This document shows, in pieces, positions 51,525 through 63,540 of a stretch of DNA of 64,000 bases. Each line of letters starts with the position of its first letter. Within the stretch, counting starts at the first letter, position 1. The notes below the pieces were generated by a model. That model did no database searches and was not told where the DNA came from. It worked only from the letters and a program-made list of their open reading frames with translations. The position numbers were made by a program, and so were the translations under genes. The stretch covers positions 248,001 through 312,000 of the forward strand of contig JANJGN010000523.1 of the NCBI GenBank assembly GCA_026770705.1. Reading direction: 5' to 3'. This DNA comes from Isurus oxyrinchus. Lineage: Eukaryota.

Positions 51525-52215
51525 GGTTGGTGTCTCTGCAATGTAGTGAACAACAAAATCCGTTCCCACACTTGGAGCATGAGAACAGCCTCTCCCCACT
51601 GTGAATTCACTGGTGTACAGTGAGGTCAGATGATTGCCTGAACCCAGACCCGCAGTGAGACCACCTTAATGGCCTTTTGTCAGTACAAACACGTTTGACA
51701 TCAGTTCCCTGGAACATTTACAGCAGTTCCAGCAATCTGGGCATTTAACAGGCCTGATCAGTGTGATCTTGCTGGTGTGCCTGCAAATGGGGCAACTGAG
51801 TGAATATCTTTCCACACTTGGAGCAGGTGAATTATCTCTCCCAAGTGTAACTGCACTTGTCGAATACGGTCCCTTGACTGCCTGCACCCAGTCCCACAGT
51901 GAGAACATCTGAATGGTCTCTGGTCAGTGTGGGCACATTGATGAGACATCAATTCCCCACACCTTTGAAATCACTTATAACACTCTGAGCATTAAAAAAA
52001 GTCTCTCGTCAGTGTGAATGCGCTGGTATCTCAGCAGGTGGAATGATGTCCTGAACCTCTTACCACACTGTGAGCGATTGAACAGCCTCTCCCAATGTGT
52101 GAATTCACTGTTTCAGCAGGTCAGCCCAGGATAGAAATTGAGAAGAGACAAACAAATCTCTTGGTTTGAGTTTGCTGAATGTAAATCCTCCCCTTCTAAA
52201 CCCTTGTAAAAGGAG
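51525..52215 (-). pseudogene. Decayed C2H2 zinc-finger gene, divergent from the 55-kb ZNF
   Basis: Minus-strand fragments HQCAHTDQRPFRCSHCG and attcacagtggggagaggctgttc..tgctccaagtgtgggaa, with many frameshifts; shares 5' and 3' flanks with the 55-kb ZNF. Confidence 0.8.
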
Positions 52216-52257
52216 TTTCCAAACACTCGGTGTAAACTCGGCTCCGGGAGTTTCTAA

Positions 52258-52391
52258 GATAAAGGCAAAATAGTGCGGATGCTGGAAATCTGAAACAAAA
52301 ACAAAAAATGCTGGTAAAACTCAGCAGGTCTGACAGCATCTGTGCAGAGAAAGACAGAGTTAATGTTTCAAGTCCGTATGACTCTTCTGCA
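52258..52391 (-). mobile_element. Short Penelope terminal-repeat insertion with a hammerhead-like motif
   Basis: TSD GAGTTTCTAA at 52248-52257 and 52392-52401; minus strand CTGCAGA-A-GAGTC-ATACG-GACTT-GAAA-CATTAACT. Confidence 0.8.
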
Positions 52392-52399
52392 GAGTTTCT

Positions 52400-53260
52400 A
52401 ATCCGGGTTTGGAGTCCTACACCGGGTGGTTGTGAACCCTCCCAGTCCATAGTCCGGCTCCATTCTGCTCCTGCACTCGGCACTTTCTCACCGGCTGGAC
52501 TTTCCATTCCGGTTCCCCCGCTGTCACTGCGCATGCTCCATACTCACCCGGCTCCGCCCCCTATTCAAAACAAAAACAAGAAAAACTAGTTCTGTTGAAG
52601 GGTCATGAGGACTCGAAACGTCAACTCTTTTCTTCTCCGCCGATGCTGCCAGACCTGCTGAGTTTTTCCAGGTAATTCTGTTTTTGTTTTGGATTTCCAG
52701 CATCTGTAGTTTTTTTGTTTTTATTTCCGCCCCCTATTCACTCTGATTGGGTGGAGGACCAGCCTCACCCGCACCGTTCGTCAGCCGCGTCCCTTCTTGC
52801 TATTGGCCTGGAGCTGCCGTCAATCATTGTGAGCTGGCGCATGCGCAGTCCGTGGCAGCAGACGGGGAGACAACTCGAAGAACGGATTTAAAATGCGGAG
52901 TTTAGAAAGAACGAGTGCGGATCCAGAGCCGAAATTAAAACCGTAAATAGAGAGATGGCTGGCGGGTGAGTTGGGAAGATTCATAAACTCACGGTGTCGG
53001 CCCAAAATCCTCAATAAGGAGCCATCTGTCCCGCGTTCGCTCGGCGCTGCGAGAGAAAGGCCCCAGATTACAGCCGCCATCTTTATAGGGGCAATGTAAT
53101 GATGGGCGCATGCGCGACCACCATCTTCATAGCGGCAAGTGCAGCAATGCGCATGCGCCCACCATCCCAGGGAGGGAGGTGCAATGTGCTATAGGGCGCG
53201 TGCGCATTTTGCGTTAGGTGACAAGGCCTGAGGGATACATTCATAAAATGTGCGGTCACC
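52400..53260. promoter_or_regulatory. CpG-island, probably bidirectional promoter
   Basis: Local CpG enrichment; NRF1-type GCGCATGCGC at 52837, 53106 and 53149; YY1-type GCCGCCATCTT at 53073; GC boxes at 52554 and 52727; ATTGG at 52746 and 52802; outward-facing splice donors (GG|GTGAGT at 52966 on plus, about 52547 on minus). Confidence 0.8.
52568..52725 (+). mobile_element. 158-bp solo Penelope terminal-repeat insertion with hammerhead-like motif (52588-52626)
   Basis: Nearly identical to 7478-7577 and to the reverse complement of 3560-3695; perfect 15-bp TSD TCCGCCCCCTATTCA at 52553-52567 and 52726-52740. Confidence 0.9.
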
Positions 53261-55247
53261 GGGACCTTTAGATCAACAACAATAGAATTATAAACCCAAA
53301 GTCACTCAGTAGTACAGAATTTACTATTGCTTAAAAAAGGAACATGCTGTTGAAGGTTTTCATGTTGCACTCATCCGGACAGATGCAAGAAAGCCAAATG
53401 TCAAAGTGAACAACAATTGATGCTGCACGAGGAAAGGGTGATGACTGGTTTGGCCAGTCAGCTCTGATTGGTTAAGGCGTTGCCATGGAGAATACATCAA
53501 GGAGCGATCATCTCCTGTGCTTTTGTTTAATTCAACCAAAGGCCCCAAGCTTGGACATGTTCCTTCTGTTTGCAGAGGACAGGTCCTTGTGTATGAATAT
53601 ATTGCAGCTTCCAGCAAGGATAAGTGAGCCACATTACGAGGCTGACTGACTGAAATTTGGTGTTCTTGCGTCTTCCCTGATGTGCACACGATTAAAAAGT
53701 TTTGACAGAATGTCTACTTTTTAATCCATACTCAATTGTCTTAAAGGGGGAAAATTGTGGTAGAAGATGGAGAGATGTAGGGAGAGATTTTCAGAGCTTG
53801 GGGTCGAGGGAACTGAAGGCACCGACACTAATGGTGGAGCGGTTAAAATCAGGAATATACAAGACCAGAATTAGAGCAGTGCAGATATCTCAGAGGGTTG
53901 TGAGGCTGGAGGAGATGACAAAGATAGGGATGGGCGAGGCCATGGAGGAATTTGAAAACAAGGATGAGAATTTAAAAATCAATTTGTTGCTTGACCGGAA
54001 GCCAAGGCAGGTCAGGAAGCAGAGGGTGTTAGGGCAATGGGCCTCACTGCCAGTGAAGACACCAACAGCAATGGTGCCAAGTTTACGGAGCATAGAATGT
54101 GGGAGACCAGCCAGGAGTGTGTTGGAATAGTCGAGTCTGGAGGTAGCAATGGCAGGGATGAGGATGTCAGCAGCAGATGCACTGAGACAGGGTGAGGTTG
54201 GGTGATGTTATGGAGGTGGAAACGGGTGATCTTAGTGATGGCACAGATATGAGGTCAGGAGCTTATCCCGAGATCAAGTGTAACACCGAGTTTGTGAACA
54301 AACTAGTTTAATCTCAGACTGTTCCCCGGGGAGAGGGGTGGAGTTGGTATCTGGGAAATGGAGACTGGAGCAGGGACTGAAAACAGTGTCTTCAGCCTTC
54401 TCAGTGTTTAATTGGAGTTAATTAGTCATCAGGAAGAGAAGCAGGAACTGGAATGAACTATGAGACTGATTCTGGGTTTAACTTAGAGAGGGAGAGAAAG
54501 AAGGAAGGAAACCTTGGGAGGTTTGGAGAAACCATCTTCATGATCATTCATAAAATCTCCACACTGTGAGTTTTGGACACAAGGTTAACGTCTGCTATTC
54601 TGTTTAGTCGGTCAGGGGGGTTTCAGATTAATGTTTTGTCACGAGTAATAACTGAAGTGAATGATCAAACATATTGTCGCCTCTAGTTGTACAAGTTTGT
54701 TAAAAAGATACTGAAAGAGATGTCCAAAACTCTCACTGGATTTCAGCACAGGAAGGAGAGAGTGTGTGTAGGACAGGGATTTGAGGCTTTGGGGGAACAA
54801 GAGAGGAAAAAATGTTCCATAGGAACTGGAATTGTCTGTTCTGAGTTTCTATCCTGTTCTTACAGTAATGACTTTTGTAAACTCATTTTACTGAGATTTA
54901 GAAGGGGAGGATTTACTGACAGGAAACTCAAACCAAATATCACATCAAAATCTGACAGAGTCATTCGATTCATGAGGACTTGAGTGTCATCGGCCTTTGA
55001 ATGTGTCAGGAGAAATGGTCGTCTGTTCTGTCTGTGGGAGAAGATTTCAAACATCAGCGACTGGAAAAGCACCGAGACACACACACACACCCGAATGAAA
55101 GTGTTCCAGTGAATTGACTGTGGAAAGAGCTTTAGCCTGAAAAAACAAATCACAGCATTCACAGTGCGGAGAAACTGCACATGTTCTCTGTGTGGATGAG
55201 GCTTCAGCTGGTTATCCAACCTGGAGAGACACAGGCACACAGGCACC

Positions 55248-56285
55248 ATGGAGAAACCGTGGAAATGTGGGGACTGTGGGAAAGAATTCAATTCTCCATC
55301 CCAACTGGAAATTCATCAAGCAGTCAAACTGGGCAGAGACCATTTACTTGCTCTGAATGTGGGAAGGGATTCATTCAGTCAGCCTACCTGTTGAGACATC
55401 AGCGGGTTCACACTGGGGAGAGGCCATTCACCTGCACTGAGTGTGGGAAAGGATTCACTGGATCCTCTGATATGCTGAAGCACCAACGAATTCACACTGA
55501 GGAGAGGCCGTTCAGTTGGACTTCCTGTGGAAAGAGATTCCAGTCTTCGTTCAACCTCACCGTCCACCAGCGACTTCACACTGGAGAGAGGCCGTTCACC
55601 TGCTCTGAGTGTGGGAAGGGATTCACTCAATTATCTCACCTATTGACACATCAGCTAGTTCAGACTGGAAAGAGACCATTCACCTGCTCCGAGTGTGGGA
55701 AAGGATTCACTCAGTCAGCCTACCTGCTGAGACACCAGCGACATCACACTGGGGAGAGGCCGTTTACCTGCCCTGTATGTGGGAAAGGATTCACTGGGTC
55801 CTCTGAGCTGCAGAAGCACCAGCGAATTCACACTGAGGAGAGGCCGTTCAGCTGTACTTCCTGTGGAAAGAGATTCAGGTATTGCTTCCACCTCAAAGTA
55901 CACCAGCGAGTTCATACTAGGGAAAGGCCATTTACTTGCATTGAGTGTGGGAAGGGATTCACTCAGTCAGCCTACCTGTTGAGACACTGGAGAGAGGCTG
56001 TTCACTTGCCCTGAATGTGGGAAAAGATTCACTGGTTCTTCTGATCTCCTGAAGCACCAGCTAATTCACAGTGGCGAGAGACCATTCACCTGCTCTAACT
56101 GTGGGAAGAAATTCACTCAGTTATCTCACCTACTGACACACCAACGAATTCACACTGGGGAGAGGCCATTCACCTGCTCCGAGTGTGGGAAGGGATTCAC
56201 TAAGTCATCCCACCAGCGAGTTCACAAGCGACTGCACGGGTTGGATTTTGCTGTGATTGCTGCTGTTAATCACATCCAGGACTGA
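55248..56285 (+). pseudogene. Tandem C2H2 zinc-finger gene (about 12 fingers), frameshifted
   Basis: ATG at 55248 reads [12 protein letters not shown], then shifts frame near 55319 into ORF 55181..56014 (HTGERPF linkers). A deletion near 55985 removes a His-linker segment and fingers continue in another frame. Some Cys/His ligands are lost (FSWTSCG, QLVQTG). Confidence 0.9.
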
Positions 56286-56764
56286 ACCATGTTCATCCTG
56301 ACAGTTGGGGTTTGTTCCTGCTGATGTTCACAATCCATGTAACTGGGCTGGAGTTTAATATTCTGGATCTGTTGTGATTGTGTTCTTGGGGCTGCAGTGT
56401 CCCTTTAAGAACCGCTGTCTCTGATCTTTCCCCAGAATTCAGGAACTCGCATCAGAAACTAGTTTACAACAAGATTCTGAACTTGTACTTCAATCTCAAA
56501 TTGATCTTTGGTACGAATCCTTCAATTCATTTTAATGAGAGATTCCACTGATTAACATCTCCAATTAGCAAGTGCTGATTATTCCTTGCTGCCAATTCTT
56601 ACTGACTTGTACATTACTCACAGCGACATCTCCATTATCCATCAGAAAGAAGGGGAATGGAAATTGGTGGAGAATCGAGAATTCTCAAATTGTAACCCTC
56701 TCGCCTGGTACAGAAAAATCCCCTCGGCATCGGAATGGAGACAAGTTCAATCCAAGTAACGGAC

Positions 56765-57975
56765 CACAAGAAATCACTGCCTAATAACCTTATAAAATCT
56801 TCAGAAATTTATGGAATATTATAAGAATTGATCAGTCTATCTCTTATGAAACAAGGTCCATAGCAGCTTGCTGGCTGACACACACAGGACAGGCCTGTTA
56901 TCTCTGCCAAGGAGATGTCTCTAGCACAGACCCTGAAACAAGACATTTCTAACCCTGATACAATTGGATCTCATAACCCATCTGTAAACCAACTGCCTGT
57001 GTCAAGGTTAAAACAGACTCTCGAGAGCACAGAGATATTGACGTGATCCACACTGGCTTCAGCCCAACACCCACACTCTGGCTCACACCAGTAAACTGTT
57101 CAAAGGACACTGTCACCACCAGCTACAGAGACCAGCACTCACTCTGTATCATCCATCTGTTTGTCCTCTGGTACCGGTAAACCGTTCTCACCTGTCACAG
57201 GTCGTGTGTTTTTCGTATCTAGTTAGCTTACACATCATATTTAAACTGCTGCTTCTCAATAAACTATTTTAAAATCTCTTCTGAGCTCGATCCTCTTTTT
57301 GAGTAATCTGTGACTCCTGAACCTAAATCTTACAAGTGGTGTTAGGAGTGGGATCACAGTGATCGAGATCATAAACTTGAGACACAACAGTCATGGTTAA
57401 ACATGAATGGAGAAGTTCCTAAGTGAAGCCAGGAGTATACAATGGCATTGACACATTACAAGGAGCGACTGATAGATAGTCTCACAGAGAAAGCATGCGG
57501 GCTGGATGTGAGAGAGATCCTGGGGATTGGTGAAGAGTGTGACCGGGATTACGATTATATTCTCAATAGGATTTCTAAAGAGGGTCAGAAATGACAAATT
57601 AAGTTGAAGAAGGTCCAGATTCAGTTAGAAAATATCCACAAGGTGGATGCAGGTGAGCAGAGAGCTGGAGAATCTTTAAAGTCCCTGCATGAACTTCTGT
57701 TTGAACCAGATGTATTTACCACATGCTAATAATTTAGATTGTGTGAGATGATCAGCAGGTGGGGAGGATGAATCTAAGTTGATAGTTACCACATTTTAGT
57801 GGAAAGGTTTTGATGTTTATTCTTGGTGGCAGCTCAAGGGTCTGTGATTCTGATAGTTCCAGTAGCTTTAATACATTATCTATGGTTTCTCATCAAAAAA
57901 TTAGGAAAACAAGCTCGTAGCTTAGAAATAATGAGGTTAGTCAGAAATCCTGTTGTAAGAAGTCAATAAGGATAT
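56765..57975 (+). mobile_element. LTR retrotransposon remnant: LTR about 56765-57334, tRNA-Leu PBS at 57337-57354, short internal region
   Basis: LTR ends ...TCTTACA and contains AATAAA. PBS TGGTGTTAGGAGTGGGAT matches the tRNA-Leu(CAG) 3' end with one mismatch. The paralog at about 49870-50390 shows a purine-rich tract followed by the LTR start TGTAAGAAATC. Confidence 0.75.
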
Positions 57976-59139
57976 TTCTGGCTTGACAAACAAAGGAAAA
58001 TGTATCCCAATGTTACCTGATAGGGATGGACTCGGTAGTTAGAGAACGGAATTTGCAGTGGTGACTGAAGGCAACGATTTTGGTCTTCCCAATTTTTAAT
58101 TGGAGGAAATTTCTGCTCATCCAGTACTGGTGTAGGATAAGCAGTTTGAAAATTTAGCAACAGTGGAGGAATAGAGGCATGGTGGCGAGGTAGAGCTGGG
58201 CATTGTCAGTGTACATGTTTTTTTGATTCATTCATCAGATGTAGGCTTCGTTGGTTGGGCTGCAATTTTTGCCTATCCCTAATTGCCCTTGAGAAGGTGG
58301 TGGTGATCTGCCTTCTTGAACCACTGCAGTCCATGTGGTGTAGGTACACCCACAGTGCTGTTAGGGAGGCAGTTCCAGGATTTTGACCCAGCAGCAATGA
58401 AGAAATGGTGATATATTTCCAAGTCAGGATGGTGAGTGACTTGCAGGTGAACTTCCAGGTGGTTGTGTTCCTATCTATCTGCTACCCTTGTCTTTCTAGA
58501 TGGTAGTGGCCGTGGGTTTGGAAGATGCTGTCGAAGGAGCCTTGGTGAATTCCTGCAGTGCATCTTGTAGATGGTGCACACTGCTGCTACTGTGCATCGT
58601 GTGAAAACTAACATGGTGCTTTTGGATGATGCCGCCTAGTGGCAGCATGTAGCTGAGAAATAGGAGGGGTCAAAGATAGATCATTTTTTTAGGATGGGTG
58701 TTGACAGTGGAATTGAAGGTGAGAGGAACAGTACCAGGAGAGAGAACCATTAACAATATCAGCCAACATGGGGAAGTTGGGTGACCAGAAGTTCATTGAG
58801 AATAGAGTCAATACAGCAAAAGATGGGTCTCATGAGCAAGATAAGCACTGAGAGGGTCTGAGGGGAGATAGGAGAGAAACTGAAGAAAGATATGAGTTCA
58901 GGGCTCAGACATGGGGGATTTTTAGAGGTACTTTGGCCCGGTGGGGTAGTGGAAGGAAGGGAAGCAGCAGAGGCAGCTGACTGTATTATCTCAATCTTAG
59001 TGACAAAGAAGCTTCATGAGCTCCTCACACTTGTGTTTGGAGGTGAGGATGGAGGAAAAAGGGGAGAGAGAGAGCCTTTTGAATGGAACTAACCTGTGTT
59101 AGAGATAGACAATAAGAAATAAATAATTACAATTTAAAA

Positions 59140-61908
59140 CCATTACGGAGACATGGCTGCAGGACACATGGATTGGGACCTGAATATTGATGGGCACAGG
59201 ATATTTAGGAAGTACAGGAAGTGAGGAAAACTTGGAGGGGTGGATCTGTTAGTTAATGATGGTATTAGCACAATACAGAGGGAAGACCTACGTTCAGGAA
59301 ACCAGGATGTGGAAACGGTTTGGGTAGAGATGAGAAATGGTAAAGACAAGGAGTCACTTGTGGGAGTTGTGTACAGGCCCCTTAACAGTAACCACATGGT
59401 AGGGTTAAGCATAAAGGAAGAAATAAATGGAGCTTAACAGAAAGGCATGGTGATAATCATGGGAGATTTTAATTCACATATAGACTGGAAAAGTCAAATG
59501 GGCAAGGATAGCCTAGATGAGGAGTACATTGAATGCTTTTGAGATAGTTTCTTGGAACAGAGTGTTCTTGAGCCAACTGAGAGCAGGATATACTGGAGCT
59601 GTTATTGCGCAATGAGATCGGAGTAATTAATGATCTCGTAGTGAAGGTGCCCCTAGGTAGCAGCGACCATAATGTGATTGAATCTTACATTCAGTTTGAG
59701 GGGGAGCGGAGTGGGTCTGAGACTATGTTTTTAAACAAATAAGGGTAATTATGAGAGCATGAAAGCTGAGCTGGCAAAAATGAATTGGCAAATTAGGTTA
59801 AGGGATAAGTGAATAGAGATGCAGTGGCTAATATTTGAGGGGTATTTCAGAATGCACAGAATAGATACATTCCAACGAGTAAGAAAAAGCCCAAGGGATG
59901 GACACACCATCCATGGTTAACTAGAAATGTTAAAGATAACATCAAATTTAAACAAAAAGCAGATAATTGTGAAAAGGAAGGTGGAAGGCCAGAAGATTGG
60001 ACAGAATCTAAGGGACAGCAAAGAATAGTTAAAAGACTAATAAGATGGGAGTGGGGATTGAGTGAGAGAAAGCTAGCCAGAAATATAAAAGCAGATAAGA
60101 GTTTTTATGAATATTTTAAAAAGAAAAGAGTTAACAATGTGAAAGTTGGCTCTATAGAAAGTGAATCTGGAGAATTGATGATGGAAAACAAGGAGAGGGC
60201 AAATTTTGCCTCGCTTTTCGCTACAAAGGATACAATTAACATCCCAGAAGCAGCTATAAAGCAGGTAATGGAAGTGGGAAAGGAAGTCAGGAAAATTACA
60301 GTCACCAGAGAAGTTGTACTGAGTAAATTTTGGAGCTGTGGGCTGACAAGAGCCCAGGTCCTGATGGACTTCATCCTAGGGTCTTAAAAGAAGCATTCAG
60401 TCAAATAGTTGATGCATTGGCTATAATTTTCTAAAACTCCCTAGATTTGGCGAAGGTCCCAATAGATCGGAAGATAGCAAATGTAACTCCTTTATTCAAA
60501 AAGGGAAGGAAACAGAAAGCAGGAAACTGTAGGCCAGTTAGCTTAACATCTGTCATAGGGAAAATGTTAGAAGTTGTTATTAAAGAGGTTATAACAGGGC
60601 ACTTGGATAAGCGCAAGGTCACCAGGCAGAGTCAACATGGTTTTGTGAAAGGGAAATTGTGTGTAACCAAATTGGTTAAATTGGTGTTCTTTGTGGCAGT
60701 GACATGTGCTGTGGTAAAGGGGAACCAATGGATGTGTTGTACTTAGATTTCCAGAAGGTAGTTGATAAGGTGCCACATAAAAGGTTAGTGTGGAAAAGCT
60801 CATGGTATAGAGGGTAACATATTGGCATGGATAGAAGATTGGCTGGCTAACAGGAAGCAGAGAGTAGGCATAAATGGATCTTTCTCAGGTTGGCAAGATG
60901 TAATGAGTGGTGTGCCACAGGGATCAGTGCTGGGATCTCAGCTGTTTACAATTCATATAAATGATGTGGATGAAGGGATGGATTCCAAATTTTCTGATGA
61001 CACAAAAATAGGTAGGAAAGTAAGTTGTGAAGAGGACATAAGGAGGCTACAAACAGATAGGATAAGTGAGTGAGCAAAGATCTGGCAGATGGAGTTTAAT
61101 ATGTGAAAATGGAAATTGTCCACTTTGGCAGGAAGAATAAAAGAGAAGCATTTTATCTAAATAGTGAGAGATTGCAGAGCTCTGAGGTGCAGAGGGATCT
61201 GGATGTCCGAGTGTGTGAATCACAAAAGGCTAATATGCAAGTACAGCCAGTAATTAGGAAAGCTAATAGAAAGTTATCATTTATTGCGAGGAGAATTGAA
61301 TACAAAAGTAGGGAGGTTCTGCTTCAGTTGTACATGGCCCTAATGAGACCACATTTGGAGTATCGTGTACAGTATTGGTCACCCTGTTTAAAGAAGGATG
61401 TAAATGCTTTGGAACCAGTTCAGAGAAGTTTTACCAGACTAATACCAGGAATGGATGGGTTGTCTTGTGAGGAAAGGTTGGAAAGACTAGGCTTGTATCC
61501 GCTGGAGTTTAGAAGAGTAAGAGGTGACTTGACTGAAACATATTAGATCCTGAGGGGATCTTGGCAGGGTGGATGTGGAGTGGATGTTTCCTCTTGAGAG
61601 AGAATCGAGAATGAGGGATCACTCTTTAAAAACAAGGAGTCGCCCATTTAAAACAGAGATGAGGTGAAATTTTTTTCACTGAGGGTAGTGAGTCTTTGTA
61701 ATTCCTCCTGAAAAGGTAATGGAAGCAGAGTCTTTGAATATTTTTAAGGTAGAGCTGGATAGATTCTTGGTAAGCAATGGGGCGATAGGTTATCGACAGT
61801 AGGTGAGATGCAGATTTCAGGTTACTGTCAGTTCAGCCATGATCTTACTAAATGGCAAAACAGACCCGAGGGACGGAATGGCCTACTCCTGCTCCTTGTT
61901 GGTATGTT
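59140..61908 (+). mobile_element. Nearly full ORF2 of a decayed CR1-type LINE
   Basis: ITETWL, GVVYRP, GSSDHN, IANVTPLFKKG, QHGF, GVPQGSVLG, KFSDDTK, RPHLEY.VQYWSP and a CR1 tail; many stops and frameshifts. Confidence 0.94.
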
Positions 61909-61914
61909 AAAACA

Positions 61915-62250
61915 CTTCACAACAAAATCCAATCAGTGTAGTTACTTGTGAACTCGCTGGTGCCTGAGCAGGTTGGATCACTCAGTGAATCCCTTCCCAC
62001 ACTTGGAGCAGTGTGAGTGCATCAATGAGTTTCCAGCTCAGATGAATATCTAAATCCATTCCCACAATCCCCACATTTCCACAGTGTCTCCCCACTGTTA
62101 ACGGGGCTTTGTCCGTCCATGTTCAAAATCCAATGATATTCGGATTACGATAAATGGGCGACTCTGTCAGATCTTGATGTGATGTTTGGTTTCAGTTTCC
62201 TGCCTGCAAATCTTCCCCTTCTAATTACCTGAGAAAATGATTTAAAACAA
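61915..62250 (-). pseudogene. Small C2H2 zinc-finger gene remnant
   Basis: Minus strand gtggaaatgtggggattgtgggaa...ctggaaactcat and tgctccaagtgtgggaagggattcact...caccagcgagttcacaag; 5' part matches 54895-54990. Confidence 0.75.
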
Positions 62251-63284
62251 AGAAAGGGAGTGAGAGAGACCCCACACAAAGGCAGGTTGTGAAATTGAGC
62301 TGAATGAATCTGGGAATTTGTGGGGCCGGCACTAGGAAAAAGTGACCATGAAAACTGCTGGATTGTCATAAAAACCCAACTGGTTCACTAATGTCCTTCA
62401 GGGAAGGGAGTCTGCCACCCGGTCTGGACCTACACAAAACTCTCGCCTACAAGGCAAAAGAGGGAGGGAGAGGCAGGGGTGAAGTGATTTGTACAACACA
62501 ACAAGAACTTTGACAGAATCTCCCAAACCCTCAACCTCCACCACCTGGAAGGACCAGGGTAGCAGGTGTGTGTGAACACCATCACCTCCATGTTCCCCTC
62601 CCAAGTAACAGACTTGTCTGACACCCAGTGCTGGATGATCGGAAATTTCCTCTATTTAAATATTGGGAAGACTGAAGAGTCACACAATCTCGTGAAAACT
62701 CCATCTCCCCCACAAGGGTCTCCACTTTCAAGAATCTAGCCTCTGACATCCCTCATAGCTGCTCTGACTCGGATTGCCTCAATAACTGCACACCTCCCAA
62801 TGGTTCAATCTCTTCTCCTGAGCCCGCGCTGCCTGTCCCACTCTGGACACGTGCTGGAACTCCCAGGGAATGCTGGGCCTCCTAGTCCTCAGTCTGCAGC
62901 CAGAAAATATCACAGAGAGACAGGTAAGTTCATGTTTCTTAACATTGTTGTGATTTTGATAGTCAGATAGTGATTGTTTGTACAGATTCCTCCAGTTCTG
63001 TCACTGTGTGGGACCAAACTCCTCACGTATCATCTAGAAATCTGTAATAACATAATGGTAGCTTGGAACATCCTTTGAAAACACTCTCTTCCCATTCCCC
63101 CACACATTTATATATTAGCATGGGGGGAGGGGGGAGTGTGCAAATTTTTTGCCAGTGGCTATATCTTTAATTTGAAGATTGTATTCTCCACCTGAATTCA
63201 AAGTTGTTTTTTGTTAGTCCCAGATATAATAATCAGATTATGGCTTTGCCTGGTCTATGATATTGTGGAATTTATTCAAGATGT

Positions 63285-63540
63285 ACTGAGATGAGGAGAA
63301 ATTTCTTCACTCAGAGAGTGGTGAGCCTGTGGAATTCGCTACCACAGAAAGTAGTTGAGGCCAAAACATTGTATGTTTTCAAGCAGGAGTTAGATATAGC
63401 TCTTGGGATGAAAGGGATCAAAGGATATGGGGAAAAGCAGGAGCAGGCTATTGAGTTGGATGATCAGCCATGATCATAATGAATGGTGGAGCAGGCTCGA
63501 AGGGTCGAATGGCCTACTCCTGCTCCTAGTTTCTCTGTTT
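63285..63540 (+). mobile_element. CR1-type LINE 3' end
   Basis: MRRNFFTQRVVSLWNSLPQKVVEA plus tail gatcagccatgatcataatgaatggtggagcaggctcgaagggtcgaatggcctactcctgctcct. Confidence 0.9.
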
